Program-made: the position numbers and the translations under genes
Part shown: positions 26,328 through 34,965 of the stretch, in pieces
Position numbering within the stretch: the stretch's first letter is position 1
Layout: each line of letters starts with the position of its first letter
DNA from: a virus
Taxonomy: Duplodnaviria; Caudoviricetes
Strand: one strand, 5' to 3'
Virus record (IMG/VR): IMGVR_UViG_3300042366_000454
Span: 1-35,405 of that record
DNA length: 35,405 nt
Notes under the pieces: generated by a model
What the model was told of the DNA's origin: nothing
The model's input: the letters and a program-made list of their open reading frames with translations, nothing else
The model's database searches: none

Positions 26328-27673
26328 TGCAATAGTTGTTTAAATATTCTTTCGTTCCACTTCGCCGCTGGCATTTCCATTTTATCTGTCCAGCTTGATT
26401 CGTGGTCTGGGTGGATAAATAGACCATCGTTGGCTATTTCGCAAGGGTATAAATCCCATTCCAGATTTTGCATTGTGCTGTTCCATCCGAATTGTTTGCG
26501 AATCCAAGCGGCAATAGCCAAGTCAAACCAAGGGCAAGCAACGGCAACGTCTGGGAAATCCCTTAGCCTGTCTGCCAACCAGTCCCAACGGAAGGCGAAC
26601 ATTTCCCTGCCAATGTGGGCGGGGTCACGCCGAACACTTGCCGCGCCAAAGATTCGTGCGTGATTAACAATTGGAAACAAGTCCACAACCTTAACATCGT
26701 CGTTCGTCCAAATGATAATGTCTCTATCAGATGTAAACATTACCGCCCTACTCAACATTTCTTTTAGCATTGGCAATGGTCTTGGGTCGCCAATCTCTTG
26801 TGCGGTTCTTTTTATTCCGCTGGCCCCGAACCACATTCCAAATGCCTTTTGCTGGCTCTTAAACGCCTCTCTGTGACGTTTTTCCTTTCCGAACCTATCT
26901 ACGACCCCGACAACCGAACCATGAGGAAATAGGCATGATTCCACAGCATCGCACACTTGATCTATCTGGAAGTCCTTATATCTGAACGAGGCCACACTTG
27001 TTACAGGGGGCGGACTGCCGCGCCAGCCATCGTTAATCAACGTCACTACGGGGCATTTGGTGACATTGGATAGCCACAGATGGGCGGTATCAATCGTGAC
27101 CAGACAGCTTGCCGCATCCAGAATACCGCAAAGATCATGGAATTTTTCAGCCTTGATTGTGGAAAGATCAACAATTTTCCATCCATCAAACCTTTCCCGT
27201 AATCCAGACAGCAGTTGTTCGCTATTCGCAAATGGCGAACTTACCCCACTTAGAGCAACCACAATGAAGGGTTCAACATCATAAACCTTGGGGAATATCT
27301 GATTGAATAATTTTTGTTCCCGCTCAGGATTGCGTTGATCAAACACATAGGGAAACTTCCTCCAAAGATCGCCAAATCTTCCCAAGCGGTAACTTTCTTG
27401 AGCAAAGCTTGGCTCAAGGTGTCTTTGATCTTCATTCATAAACACCTGTGCTACCCGCAAATCGGGGAGATTTCCGCATAAACCCTTGGCGTGCTGAAGT
27501 TCTATCGGGTCGCCGCTGTATCTTTTAATGTCGCAATATGCTACCCCATCAAATATCTCGCTGTATTTTTCAGCCGTTACAAATGTTGCCTTCCGACCCG
27601 CCAAGTGTTCAGCGTAAGCTATGGGCAACAAATTGATGTTGTCCCCCAGTCTTCCAAGATTTAATATGGTCAT
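26324..27673 (-). CDS. two-domain glycosyltransferase (GT9-like N-domain + GT-A-like C-domain)
   Basis: RLGDNINLLP and LVTIDTAHLWLS (GT9 heptosyltransferase-like); IIWTNDDV..FDL in the C-domain. Confidence 0.7.
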   Translation of the reverse strand: MTILNLGRLGDNINLLPIAYAEHLAGRKATFVTAEKYSEIFDGVAYCDIKRYSGDPIELQHAKGLCGNLPDLRVAQVFMNEDQRHLEPSFAQESYRLGRFGDLWRKFPYVFDQRNPEREQKLFNQIFPKVYDVEPFIVVALSGVSSPFANSEQLLSGLRERFDGWKIVDLSTIKAEKFHDLCGILDAASCLVTIDTAHLWLSNVTKCPVVTLINDGWRGSPPPVTSVASFRYKDFQIDQVCDAVESCLFPHGSVVGVVDRFGKEKRHREAFKSQQKAFGMWFGASGIKRTAQEIGDPRPLPMLKEMLSRAVMFTSDRDIIIWTNDDVKVVDLFPIVNHARIFGAASVRRDPAHIGREMFAFRWDWLADRLRDFPDVAVACPWFDLAIAAWIRKQFGWNSTMQNLEWDLYPCEIANDGLFIHPDHESSWTDKMEMPAAKWNERIFKQLLQ

Positions 27674-29274
27674 AACTTCTTATATTCTTCAAGTAATGGA
27701 ACAAGGTCTTTGATGTTTCCGCCATTGGAAACTTCTTCCGTTCTTTTCTTTAACTCAAGTCCCAAAAGCGAGCGATAAATTTTACCAATGGGCGCGGACT
27801 TGACTGATTCTGGACTAATATCAACAAGGTAGCTTTCGATTGCAGGGTTCATTCCCGCCAAAAGCATGGCTACCGATGACTGATTGGTGTGGTCAAAATC
27901 AGAATGAATCAATGATTTAACGTCCTCGTCTCCAATGATTTCCCAGTTGTATTTTTTGATCTCATCTTTGCCGTAATAAACTGCGTATGCTATGAGAGTT
28001 TTAACCGCCTCGCTTATCTCTCTCTTGCTTTCCGTAGGAACAGAGGAGTGTCCTCCGCGCATGGCAACATGCTTGTTTAGCTCGCCTATCGAAACTCCAA
28101 GCTTTGGGGCCACAGAGGAAACAACGGCATCCCTGATAATTCCCTCATCCAAATTGGAAATTGCCGCGCCGATTTGCTTTGCCGCCTTCAGCTTTTCTTC
28201 GGCGGTTTCAATCTTTCCAATCATCCCATCAGCCAGAGCGTCAATGTATCCGCTGGCGTTATTTATCAAGATTGATAAGTTGCCGCCCTCCAAAATAAAT
28301 TGGTCAGGGTCTTTGCCATCTGGAAGCGAGACGGATTTAACATCAACCCCAATAGGCGCAAGAGCGCAAAATATTTTTCTGGACGCTTCTTTGCCAGCCT
28401 TGTCTGCATCCAAGGCAAGAACAACCTCGCCGCAAAGACGCTTGATTGTCTGGCAATGATGGGTAGTAAAAGCCGTTCCAAGCGGGGCTACCACATTTTT
28501 TATTCCGTTTAAGTGACAGCGTATTGCGTCAATTTGCCCTTCAACAATTACAATTTTGCCAGAGTCGATGACTTCTCGTTTGGCTTTGTGTAATCCATAG
28601 AGGAGCCTTCCCTTGCTGAACACCTTGGAATCTGGAGAGTTGAGATACTTTGCCGCATGGTTTGCCGTGGTTCTCCCACTAAACCCACATACGTTCCCCG
28701 ATTCGTTGTGAATTGAGAACATGATTCTTTCGCGGAATTTTGGATACCCCCCATCCAAAAGCAAACCAGCCGCCTTCAAAATTTCTGGATTTCCAGAGAG
28801 CGAATAGTTTTTGGGCGCATACCCAATACCCCATTCCTCGCAAATATCTTTGGTGAATCCTCTTGCCCTTAATTGGTTTCTTGCTTCACCCCCATCTGGC
28901 CCAATTAGTTGTTCAAAGAAAAACCTTGATGCAGAATACAACGCAGACTCTATCTTTTTCCTCTGATTGGATTCCTCTGATTCCTCCTCCTCAACGGCAA
29001 TGCCTAAACGCGCACCAATCTTTTTAACCGCCTCTGGAAAACTAATGCGCTCCATGTCCATGACAAAGCGAAAGACGCCTCCGCCAACGCCGCACCCCCA
29101 ACACTTGTAAACATTCTTGTTGTCGTTGATATAGAACGAGGGGCTTTTCTCGTTGTGAAAGGGACAACACGCCACATACTGGTGGCCCCTCCGCCTTACT
29201 GGAAAATAATCCCCAGCAATTTCGGAGAGGCGCACCCGCGATGTGATGTCGTTTATTGTGGATTCTGGAATCAA
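27670..29274 (-). CDS. dnaG: DNA primase (DnaG-type)
   Basis: CPFHNEKSPSF..CWGC CHC2 finger, KYLNSP, VEGQID, LDADKAG, KDPD Toprim motifs. Confidence 0.96.
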   Translation of the reverse strand: MIPESTINDITSRVRLSEIAGDYFPVRRRGHQYVACCPFHNEKSPSFYINDNKNVYKCWGCGVGGGVFRFVMDMERISFPEAVKKIGARLGIAVEEEESEESNQRKKIESALYSASRFFFEQLIGPDGGEARNQLRARGFTKDICEEWGIGYAPKNYSLSGNPEILKAAGLLLDGGYPKFRERIMFSIHNESGNVCGFSGRTTANHAAKYLNSPDSKVFSKGRLLYGLHKAKREVIDSGKIVIVEGQIDAIRCHLNGIKNVVAPLGTAFTTHHCQTIKRLCGEVVLALDADKAGKEASRKIFCALAPIGVDVKSVSLPDGKDPDQFILEGGNLSILINNASGYIDALADGMIGKIETAEEKLKAAKQIGAAISNLDEGIIRDAVVSSVAPKLGVSIGELNKHVAMRGGHSSVPTESKREISEAVKTLIAYAVYYGKDEIKKYNWEIIGDEDVKSLIHSDFDHTNQSSVAMLLAGMNPAIESYLVDISPESVKSAPIGKIYRSLLGLELKKRTEEVSNGGNIKDLVPLLEEYKKL

Positions 29275-29459
29275 AACGACAAGGGGCTTGGGTTGCTTGG
29301 CATTTCCGAAACCAACGGAAGGACATGAATTGTCCGGTTGATTTCTTGCTTGGGGAGTGTTTTTGGTTTTTCCCCGCCCTCAATCACGATGATTGCCGCG
29401 ATTGCCGTTGCCGCAATCAAGGTTGCAGCAATCCATTTGTTTTCGTTTGGTGTTTTCAT
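29271..29459 (-). CDS. small membrane protein
   Basis: One TM segment; stop overlaps the primase ATG. Confidence 0.65.
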   Translation of the reverse strand: MKTPNENKWIAATLIAATAIAAIIVIEGGEKPKTLPKQEINRTIHVLPLVSEMPSNPSPLSF

Positions 29460-29465
29460 GGGTGT

Positions 29466-29582
29466 TTATTTTCTCCTAAAGGCATCGACAATCTGGAAGA
29501 AGATTGATGATGCGGTTACAATAATTACGCAAATCAGAACGAGTCTGTCAATGATCGTGCCGATGATGTCTAAGATGTTCAT
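29466..29582 (-). CDS. 38-aa membrane peptide
   Basis: Read from DNA: MNILDIIGTIIDRLVLICVIIVTASSIFFQIVDAFRRK; ATGA-coupled. Confidence 0.55.
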   Translation of the reverse strand: MNILDIIGTIIDRLVLICVIIVTASSIFFQIVDAFRRK

Positions 29583-29821
29583 TTGGCGCAAACAAATTCG
29601 TAATCGTCAGACAATGCCCCCTCATGGCGGAAGTGGACTAGCAACTCCGCCATAAGCCAATCTGGAATAACGTCAGATTCCACAAAGATTCCGCTTCTGC
29701 GTTCGTAATCTTCGATCTCGTCTGGTGTGGCCTCAAGCTCCATTGTTCCCGATTCATTCTCAAGATACAGATTTCCTTGAAGCGTCTTAATCGCATCGAA
29801 TGTCTGATGGATAATTTTCAT
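29579..29821 (-). CDS. hypothetical acidic protein
   Basis: ATG at 29821, 1 nt after the upstream stop. Confidence 0.6.
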   Translation of the reverse strand: MKIIHQTFDAIKTLQGNLYLENESGTMELEATPDEIEDYERRSGIFVESDVIPDWLMAELLVHFRHEGALSDDYEFVCAK

Positions 29822-29822
29822 T

Positions 29823-29948
29823 TTAGCGATACAGATAGCGGTTGATGTTTTGGTATGAGAACAGGCGATCAAGCCATGATGAATTGTTGAACCATGCGAT
29901 TTGCAGGGCCAGCAACGAGGGTTGTTTTTTCTTTTTGAATAGTTTCAT
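29823..29948 (-). CDS. 41-aa hypothetical protein
   Basis: MKLFKKKKQPSLLALQIAWFNNSSWLDRLFSYQNINRYLYR fills the gap exactly with an ATGA overlap. Confidence 0.5.
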   Translation of the reverse strand: MKLFKKKKQPSLLALQIAWFNNSSWLDRLFSYQNINRYLYR

Positions 29949-30163
29949 TTGTATTGGAACGTGTTGATTTTTAGGTGTTTGTGTATTTCTGACAGGTTAT
30001 ATTCTTCTGGGTTTATGTTTTGAACTTGGCAAACCTCTAAGACTTCGGAGTCTCCATATTCAAAACAAAGGTTGTAAAGCGGAAGGCTTTTGTAGGTTTT
30101 TCCGTTGAGTTTAAGACCTTGCCAAAACTCAAAATGGATTTCTCCGCAAGCGTCAATCCACAT
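29945..30163 (-). CDS. hypothetical protein
   Basis: ATG at 30163 overlapping the upstream gene. Confidence 0.6.
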   Translation of the reverse strand: MWIDACGEIHFEFWQGLKLNGKTYKSLPLYNLCFEYGDSEVLEVCQVQNINPEEYNLSEIHKHLKINTFQYK

Positions 30164-30362
30164 AAAGCTCCCTTTCGCGCACACCCCTCATTGCTGCAAG
30201 GGTATATTTGATTTCTCGCTTCCGCATTGGAGACTTGCGAAGCTGAAAGTCTGATTTGATTTTCTTCTCTAACGCCATGCGGATTGTTGTAATCTCCTCA
30301 AAGCCAAGGCGCAGAACGTATCCGTTTTGGGGCGGGTTGTATTTTTTGATTGTTGCTTTCAT
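30153..30362 (-). CDS. hypothetical basic protein
   Basis: CA-rich leader followed by ATGAAA. Confidence 0.65.
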   Translation of the reverse strand: MKATIKKYNPPQNGYVLRLGFEEITTIRMALEKKIKSDFQLRKSPMRKREIKYTLAAMRGVRERELYVD

Positions 30363-30408
30363 GTGTTTGTGTGTGTTAAATTTTTAGACACCGAATAGTT
30401 TCTTTTGT

Positions 30409-30627
30409 TCAATGAAAAGTAGTTGGTCTATCCATGATTTTGTTCCAGAGGAGGGCGAGGCTCCCGCGCCGATTGCCGAAAAGCCTTTCGTTCCTCCGCC
30501 TCTGACTTCCAAAGAAAGGGACGCCATAAGGTTTGCGTCTATCCGCAATCGTCCAGACCGCAAAGGACGTGGAGCCAGACGTAGGGCAGGAGAAAAACGA
30601 TGGGCGACTAAGGGTAAATAGTTCCAT
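30409..30627 (-). CDS. hypothetical protein (frame ambiguous)
   Basis: Colinear with the operon, but competes with 30412..30621 (+) and 30384..30686 (-). Confidence 0.35.
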   Translation of the reverse strand: MELFTLSRPSFFSCPTSGSTSFAVWTIADRRKPYGVPFFGSQRRRNERLFGNRRGSLALLWNKIMDRPTTFH

Positions 30628-30871
30628 AGGTTTTGATGAGTTTTTGCATTTGCGCTAATTTTTGTTTGGCGGCATTTTGCCTCCAAGGAACAAGTGATTT
30701 CTTTTTCTCATAATAGAAGTCCGAAAGAACCGATCTTGATTTTGTTATCAGTTTTGTGTGACGTGTTCCCTCGTGCCAGTAGTATCCTGCTTTAATCCAT
30801 ACGGCATTTCCGCTCGTGCTGTCGCATGGGACACCCTTAACCTTGCGCTTGCCGATATAAACCTCACTCAT
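30608..30871 (-). CDS. hypothetical basic protein
   Basis: ATG at 30871 overlapping the upstream stop. Confidence 0.6.
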   Translation of the reverse strand: MSEVYIGKRKVKGVPCDSTSGNAVWIKAGYYWHEGTRHTKLITKSRSVLSDFYYEKKKSLVPWRQNAAKQKLAQMQKLIKTYGTIYP

Positions 30872-31214
30872 CGTTCCACATTGATTGACGTTCGTATGTA
30901 TCCGTCTCAACGTCCTGCTGAATATCGCCAGCACGGGATTCAGCATAGACTTGAATTTCGTGCCATATCGCGTTGTCAATAGCACTTGTTAAGTCAGGGT
31001 TGCCGTCAATAATAACCTTGTCAATTTGTCTGCCTTCAATTCTAAATGGAATATCCATTCCATCCAAAACCCCGATTTGACATTCTGTTATCTGAACCTC
31101 TTTCGCTTCGGCGTTAATATCAAAATCAACATCCATTTCGATATAAACGTAATAGGTTGTTCCCGCCGATTCTATTTCTGTATCAACTGAGACGGGATAT
31201 GTTAGCGTGCTCAT
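30864..31214 (-). CDS. hypothetical acidic protein
   Basis: ATG at 31214, ATGA-coupled. Confidence 0.65.
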   Translation of the reverse strand: MSTLTYPVSVDTEIESAGTTYYVYIEMDVDFDINAEAKEVQITECQIGVLDGMDIPFRIEGRQIDKVIIDGNPDLTSAIDNAIWHEIQVYAESRAGDIQQDVETDTYERQSMWNDE

Positions 31215-31546
31215 TGCTGCCCCCCTTCGGCTTTGGCGATTGCGGCGCGAGCCTTGGCAAATGATAACCCTTCGGCTCCGTGCCACTGGCCAGAATCTTC
31301 TTCCTCTATGGCGATACCTACCCCCTCCAGTTGGTCTACAAGCTCTTGTAGTGCATCCAAAAGCTCAGGTGCAGCGGCGACGAGTTGAGCGTTTGCGCGA
31401 GCTGTTGCTTCATCGAGCCTGTGAGCAGAATCTTTCCCACAAGCCCATGCGATATTCTCACCCTTCCATCGGATAGGGGTTGCTCCAGTGTTAGGTGCTG
31501 AAACGCGGCCAATTTCCCACGGCCCCGGAGTGTGTTGTTTATTCAT
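31211..31546 (-). CDS. conserved phage early protein (HTPGPW..ANA.L.AAAPELL family)
   Basis: Characteristic HTPGPW and ANAQLVAAAPELLDAL motifs. Confidence 0.8.
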   Translation of the reverse strand: MNKQHTPGPWEIGRVSAPNTGATPIRWKGENIAWACGKDSAHRLDEATARANAQLVAAAPELLDALQELVDQLEGVGIAIEEEDSGQWHGAEGLSFAKARAAIAKAEGGQQ

Positions 31547-31560
31547 GGTGTTTATTTTGT

Positions 31561-31899
31561 TTAGTGTGTTAATGGTTCGCTAAAATCTGATTCGTCTGAA
31601 TTGAAAATGTCCCAAGCTGCAATCCATAGGAGGCGATGCCAATTCTGTTCATCGTCCGCCAATTCACCATCATCCCATGCGCCATATTCGCTTAACTCTT
31701 TTCGGATTGTGTCTGGCGTCGGGCGATTGGTGAATCCGTCCTTGTCTGCCAATTCTTTTACGACATCCACCCAATAAGAAATAGATTCAGAGTTGTCTCC
31801 GCTATGGCAGATGTCGAGAATGGCTTCCCCTTGAATCCGAAACTCGTGGTAGTTTCCGGTTGCCCAATATGTTTTGTCTGGTTGTATTTTGTTTTTCAT
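31561..31899 (-). CDS. hypothetical acidic protein
   Basis: ACACC-ATG start at 31899; ELSEYGAWDDGEL..RLLWIAA. Confidence 0.7.
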   Translation of the reverse strand: MKNKIQPDKTYWATGNYHEFRIQGEAILDICHSGDNSESISYWVDVVKELADKDGFTNRPTPDTIRKELSEYGAWDDGELADDEQNWHRLLWIAAWDIFNSDESDFSEPLTH

Positions 31900-32072
31900 G
31901 GTGTTTGTGTTTTTGTTTTGCAAATTTCTACTAGCATTTGCTGCGTGATTCTCGTTCCGCAACGGGCGACAAATTCAATTTCTACATTAGGAAAATCGGG
32001 GCTTGTAACTCTTTTGCCGTCGAACAAAACCGCAACAGATTCTCCCGCAATATTTAATACTATATTATTCAT
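31896..32072 (-). CDS. hypothetical protein
   Basis: Overlaps both neighbours in coupled fashion. Confidence 0.55.
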   Translation of the reverse strand: MNNIVLNIAGESVAVLFDGKRVTSPDFPNVEIEFVARCGTRITQQMLVEICKTKTQTP

Positions 32073-32628
32073 TGTTTCCACTCATTGTTTTCCAGATCAA
32101 AAGATCGGCGTCCGCTAACGATAGGTTGGGAAACGACCGCGATATAAATTTTAACGCGAGCTTTTGCAAATCATCGTATCGTTTTCCAGATGGTGTAGAT
32201 TTTGGCGTTTTGACTCCATGAACCTCCCTCATCCATCGCAATATATGGGTGTCCAATACTGCTCCAACATGATTGGGGCGCGAGTGGAGTAGAAACATAT
32301 TGGCGGTTTTGTATCCAATGCCATGAACTTTTAGCAAGTCTCCCATCGTGCAAGTGCGAAGATTCAATTTCATTACACCAAGAATGGCGGGAACAATTCT
32401 GCGATATTGACCAACCTTCCAAAAGCGAAGATGATCTTCCAACAGGATGCGTTTTAGATATTGAAATGGCGTTTCGTTTGTTTCGGATTCGCGCAAAACG
32501 TTGCCAATGAGATTGGCGGTTTGTGCTGCATTTTTTCCTGCTACCGCAATGGAGAAAAGCATAAAAGCTTCTAACTCTGAATCGGTGCGATTATAGTTTG
32601 TTATTTCTTTTGGGTTAATCGTTGTCAT
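32065..32628 (-). CDS. HhH DNA glycosylase/lyase-like protein (Ogg-like)
   Basis: LLKVHGIGYKTANMFL HhH with Lys, AVLDTHILR with Asp, C-terminal ADLLIW. Confidence 0.8.
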   Translation of the reverse strand: MTTINPKEITNYNRTDSELEAFMLFSIAVAGKNAAQTANLIGNVLRESETNETPFQYLKRILLEDHLRFWKVGQYRRIVPAILGVMKLNLRTCTMGDLLKVHGIGYKTANMFLLHSRPNHVGAVLDTHILRWMREVHGVKTPKSTPSGKRYDDLQKLALKFISRSFPNLSLADADLLIWKTMSGNNE

Positions 32629-32638
32629 GGTGTGTGTG

Positions 32639-32651
32639 TATATACGGATTG
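32639..32651 (-). promoter_or_regulatory. repeated upstream motif CAATCCGTATATA, copy 1
   Basis: 10 nt upstream of ATG 32628. Confidence 0.65.
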
Positions 32652-32676
32652 ATATGTTTTTATTATTTTGTGCGAA

Positions 32677-32883
32677 TTACCGAGTGTCGCCACCAAGAGT
32701 AGCAAGGCTGATCGACGTTAATACGCTGTTTGATTCCCCATCATACAAATCTTCCCAAACGTGTTTGACCATATACACATCCGAGTTGTTGCTATGGCGA
32801 TAGTTTATTTCTACATCTTTTGGATCAACTCCATGCTGATCACACATCTTTTGTATTTTGTTTATTAGTTTTTGGGCGTTCAT
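32677..32883 (-). CDS. hypothetical protein
   Basis: ACACACC-ATG start; preceded by the repeated motif. Confidence 0.7.
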   Translation of the reverse strand: MNAQKLINKIQKMCDQHGVDPKDVEINYRHSNNSDVYMVKHVWEDLYDGESNSVLTSISLATLGGDTR

Positions 32884-32893
32884 GGTGTGTATG

Positions 32894-32906
32894 TATATGC
32901 GGATTG
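32894..32906 (-). promoter_or_regulatory. repeated upstream motif CAATCCGCATATA, copy 2
   Basis: 10 nt upstream of ATG 32883; one mismatch to copy 1. Confidence 0.6.
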
Positions 32907-33206
32907 TTATTTTACTCTGATAGAAACGTAGTGATAAAGCTCGCTTGCATCATCTGATAATTCATCATCATCTTCATGTTCCGTTTCTGGAATGTCCGAT
33001 TTATCTGACAATTCGTTTTCAATGTGCTCGCAGTCCCAATCATCCATCGACGCATCATTGAGCGCATCTTCTAAAGCCTCAAATGGCGTATCTCCAATTC
33101 CTGTATAAACCGATTCGTATTCTGTGAAGGCAGTCCCGCATCCACTAAAGAATTGCGAGTGCTCAACTCCGTGGTCGATGATTTGATATTTGCTAATTGT
33201 TTTCAT
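32907..33206 (-). CDS. very acidic hypothetical protein
   Basis: D/E-rich; CA-rich leader. Confidence 0.7.
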   Translation of the reverse strand: MKTISKYQIIDHGVEHSQFFSGCGTAFTEYESVYTGIGDTPFEALEDALNDASMDDWDCEHIENELSDKSDIPETEHEDDDELSDDASELYHYVSIRVK

Positions 33207-33236
33207 TGTGTTTATGTGTGTGTTGTTTGTTTTGTT

Positions 33237-33449
33237 TTATTGATTAACGGATAATTTCATTTTGTTGGCGAGACTTTCCACGCATTCCATGTTGGCGGTC
33301 ATTCTCTCGAAAAACGTCCGATAATCCTCCTCATTCGGTGGGTAATTATTACCCACACCTATAAGATACTCTCTCCAATCTTGTTCAATTTGAGAAAGAA
33401 CTTGCAAGACGTAATCTCCGTTCATGTTGTTGTTCGTTGAATTTTTCAT
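33237..33449 (-). CDS. hypothetical protein
   Basis: CA-rich leader followed by ATGAAAAA. Confidence 0.65.
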   Translation of the reverse strand: MKNSTNNNMNGDYVLQVLSQIEQDWREYLIGVGNNYPPNEEDYRTFFERMTANMECVESLANKMKLSVNQ

Positions 33450-33469
33450 GGGTTTGTGTGTTTTGTTGA

Positions 33470-33982
33470 TTAAGCAAAGTTGCCATTTTCAAGATATTCT
33501 GGATCATTCATAATAATACATTCTTCAATTACCTCGTCACTCATTTGATACTCGTATTCATCGCGCAACATTTTCAGATGTTGCTCCAGCATTGAGTGAA
33601 GAAAATCATCTTCTATTTCTTCTTTCTCGTTGTCCAGTTTGTAGGTTGCAAGCTCGCCATATTCATCTTTTTCAGCATTAGCCATAAATTCTTCCATCGT
33701 TTTGCGATAATGATTGGCTTCCGCCCATGTTGAGCATTTGTCGCCGTGGTCTGATAGGATTTTATTAGCGGTAAAATCTGCCGATTCTGTGAAATGTCCC
33801 TTGATCGTCCCGCGATAGGTGTCAAACTCTGTAATTTTGATGCCGATATTTTCCGCATCTTCATAAGTAAACTCCCACCATTGATAATCTAGTGCAGTTT
33901 CACGCCACTTATCACGCGCACGCTCCTTTGCCTTGTCGCTTAATTCTTTATAGCTGTATATGTTGATTGTCATTGTTTTCAT
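33470..33982 (-). CDS. conserved acidic phage early protein
   Basis: IYSYKELSDKAKERA..LRDEYEYQMSDE..EYLENG pattern common in phage early regions. Confidence 0.75.
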   Translation of the reverse strand: MKTMTINIYSYKELSDKAKERARDKWRETALDYQWWEFTYEDAENIGIKITEFDTYRGTIKGHFTESADFTANKILSDHGDKCSTWAEANHYRKTMEEFMANAEKDEYGELATYKLDNEKEEIEDDFLHSMLEQHLKMLRDEYEYQMSDEVIEECIIMNDPEYLENGNFA

Positions 33983-33987
33983 GGTGT

Positions 33988-34119
33988 TTATTTACTTTCT
34001 TTCTTGAATAGTTTTATGGCTTCTTTCTTTGTCGTGTAGTAGTAGGTTTTTTGCACGCGATGTCCGCCGATAATGTCAGAGACAACCCATGCGCCGTGGA
34101 TGTTTTTATTGATGCTCAT
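33988..34119 (-). CDS. 43-aa hypothetical protein
   Basis: MSINKNIHGAWVVSDIIGGHRVQKTYYYTTKKEAIKLFKKESK; preceded by the repeated motif. Confidence 0.65.
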   Translation of the reverse strand: MSINKNIHGAWVVSDIIGGHRVQKTYYYTTKKEAIKLFKKESK

Positions 34120-34127
34120 TGCAGGTA

Positions 34128-34140
34128 TATATACGGATTA
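34128..34140 (-). promoter_or_regulatory. repeated upstream motif TAATCCGTATATA, copy 3
   Basis: 8 nt upstream of ATG 34119; overlaps the previous stop codon. Confidence 0.65.
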
Positions 34141-34515
34141 AAAAGATGAGACGATGATACCGCCATCAAACTCAATCAATGCTCCATTATCATTTATATA
34201 CTCTTTGATTTTGTCGTCGGGAATCTCATCATCATTATCTGATAATTCGTCTTTGTCTGGCATATATTCGTCGCACAATTCTTCTTTGGCTTTATCTTCA
34301 CCACCGAAATAATCGGTTGCCCATTCTTGCAAGCTAGAATATTCTGAAAAATCGCACCGAATAGCAACCCTATCAAATTCCATTTCTTCTCCGGTGTCAG
34401 ACTCCCATTCTTCAAGATATTCAGCTATTGCCAAGGCTCCGGCCCATGACCAATTTGCGTTGTTGTCATTTTTCAATTCGTTTGCAATATCGTGTGTTGT
34501 TAGTGTTTTTTTCAT
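34138..34515 (-). CDS. conserved acidic phage early protein
   Basis: YLEEWESDTGEEMEFDRVAIRCDFSEY motif; D/E-rich. Confidence 0.75.
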   Translation of the reverse strand: MKKTLTTHDIANELKNDNNANWSWAGALAIAEYLEEWESDTGEEMEFDRVAIRCDFSEYSSLQEWATDYFGGEDKAKEELCDEYMPDKDELSDNDDEIPDDKIKEYINDNGALIEFDGGIIVSSF

Positions 34516-34538
34516 AGTGTGGTTATTGGTTGAGTTAA

Positions 34539-34551
34539 TATATACGGATTG
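34539..34551 (-). promoter_or_regulatory. repeated upstream motif CAATCCGTATATA, copy 4
   Basis: 23 nt upstream of ATG 34515. Confidence 0.65.
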
Positions 34552-34571
34552 TTTTTATTGGTATTAGTTTA

Positions 34572-34775
34572 TCAGTTTATCAGTTTATCAATAGCTATCA
34601 GTAAAAGGATGGTCGCCGCGCCGCAAATAATCACAGAATCCATAAGAGAGACATTGCAAAACTCTCGCATGATGCCCCGCAAATAAAACTTTCCCTTCTT
34701 TGGATTCTTTAGGATAGCGCGAACATGGAGATTAACCCGCCCCATAGACGTATCAACTTGATTGTGTGTTTTCAT
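34572..34775 (-). CDS. hypothetical protein with C-terminal TM
   Basis: ACACA-ATGAAAAC start at 34775. Confidence 0.6.
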   Translation of the reverse strand: MKTHNQVDTSMGRVNLHVRAILKNPKKGKFYLRGIMREFCNVSLMDSVIICGAATILLLIAIDKLIN

Positions 34776-34779
34776 TGTG

Positions 34780-34959
34780 TTATTTATTCTGTAAAGATTG
34801 ACACAGATAACCCGACCAATAAGCTCTGACAATCGGGGCGGTAAATTCACTCGCAACCGACTTTAATGCCTTTGCCTTGTTTTCTGGATGCGGGAACTTT
34901 CCGCTTTCCATCCCCTTGTTAAATGCTGATTTTATCGTCATATGTCTTTTGGTTTTCAT
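34780..34959 (-). CDS. 59-aa hypothetical protein
   Basis: Read from DNA: MKTKRHMTIKSAFNKGMESGKFPHPENKAKALKSVASEFTAPIVRAYWSGYLCQSLQNK. Confidence 0.6.
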   Translation of the reverse strand: MKTKRHMTIKSAFNKGMESGKFPHPENKAKALKSVASEFTAPIVRAYWSGYLCQSLQNK

Positions 34960-34965
34960 AGCGTT

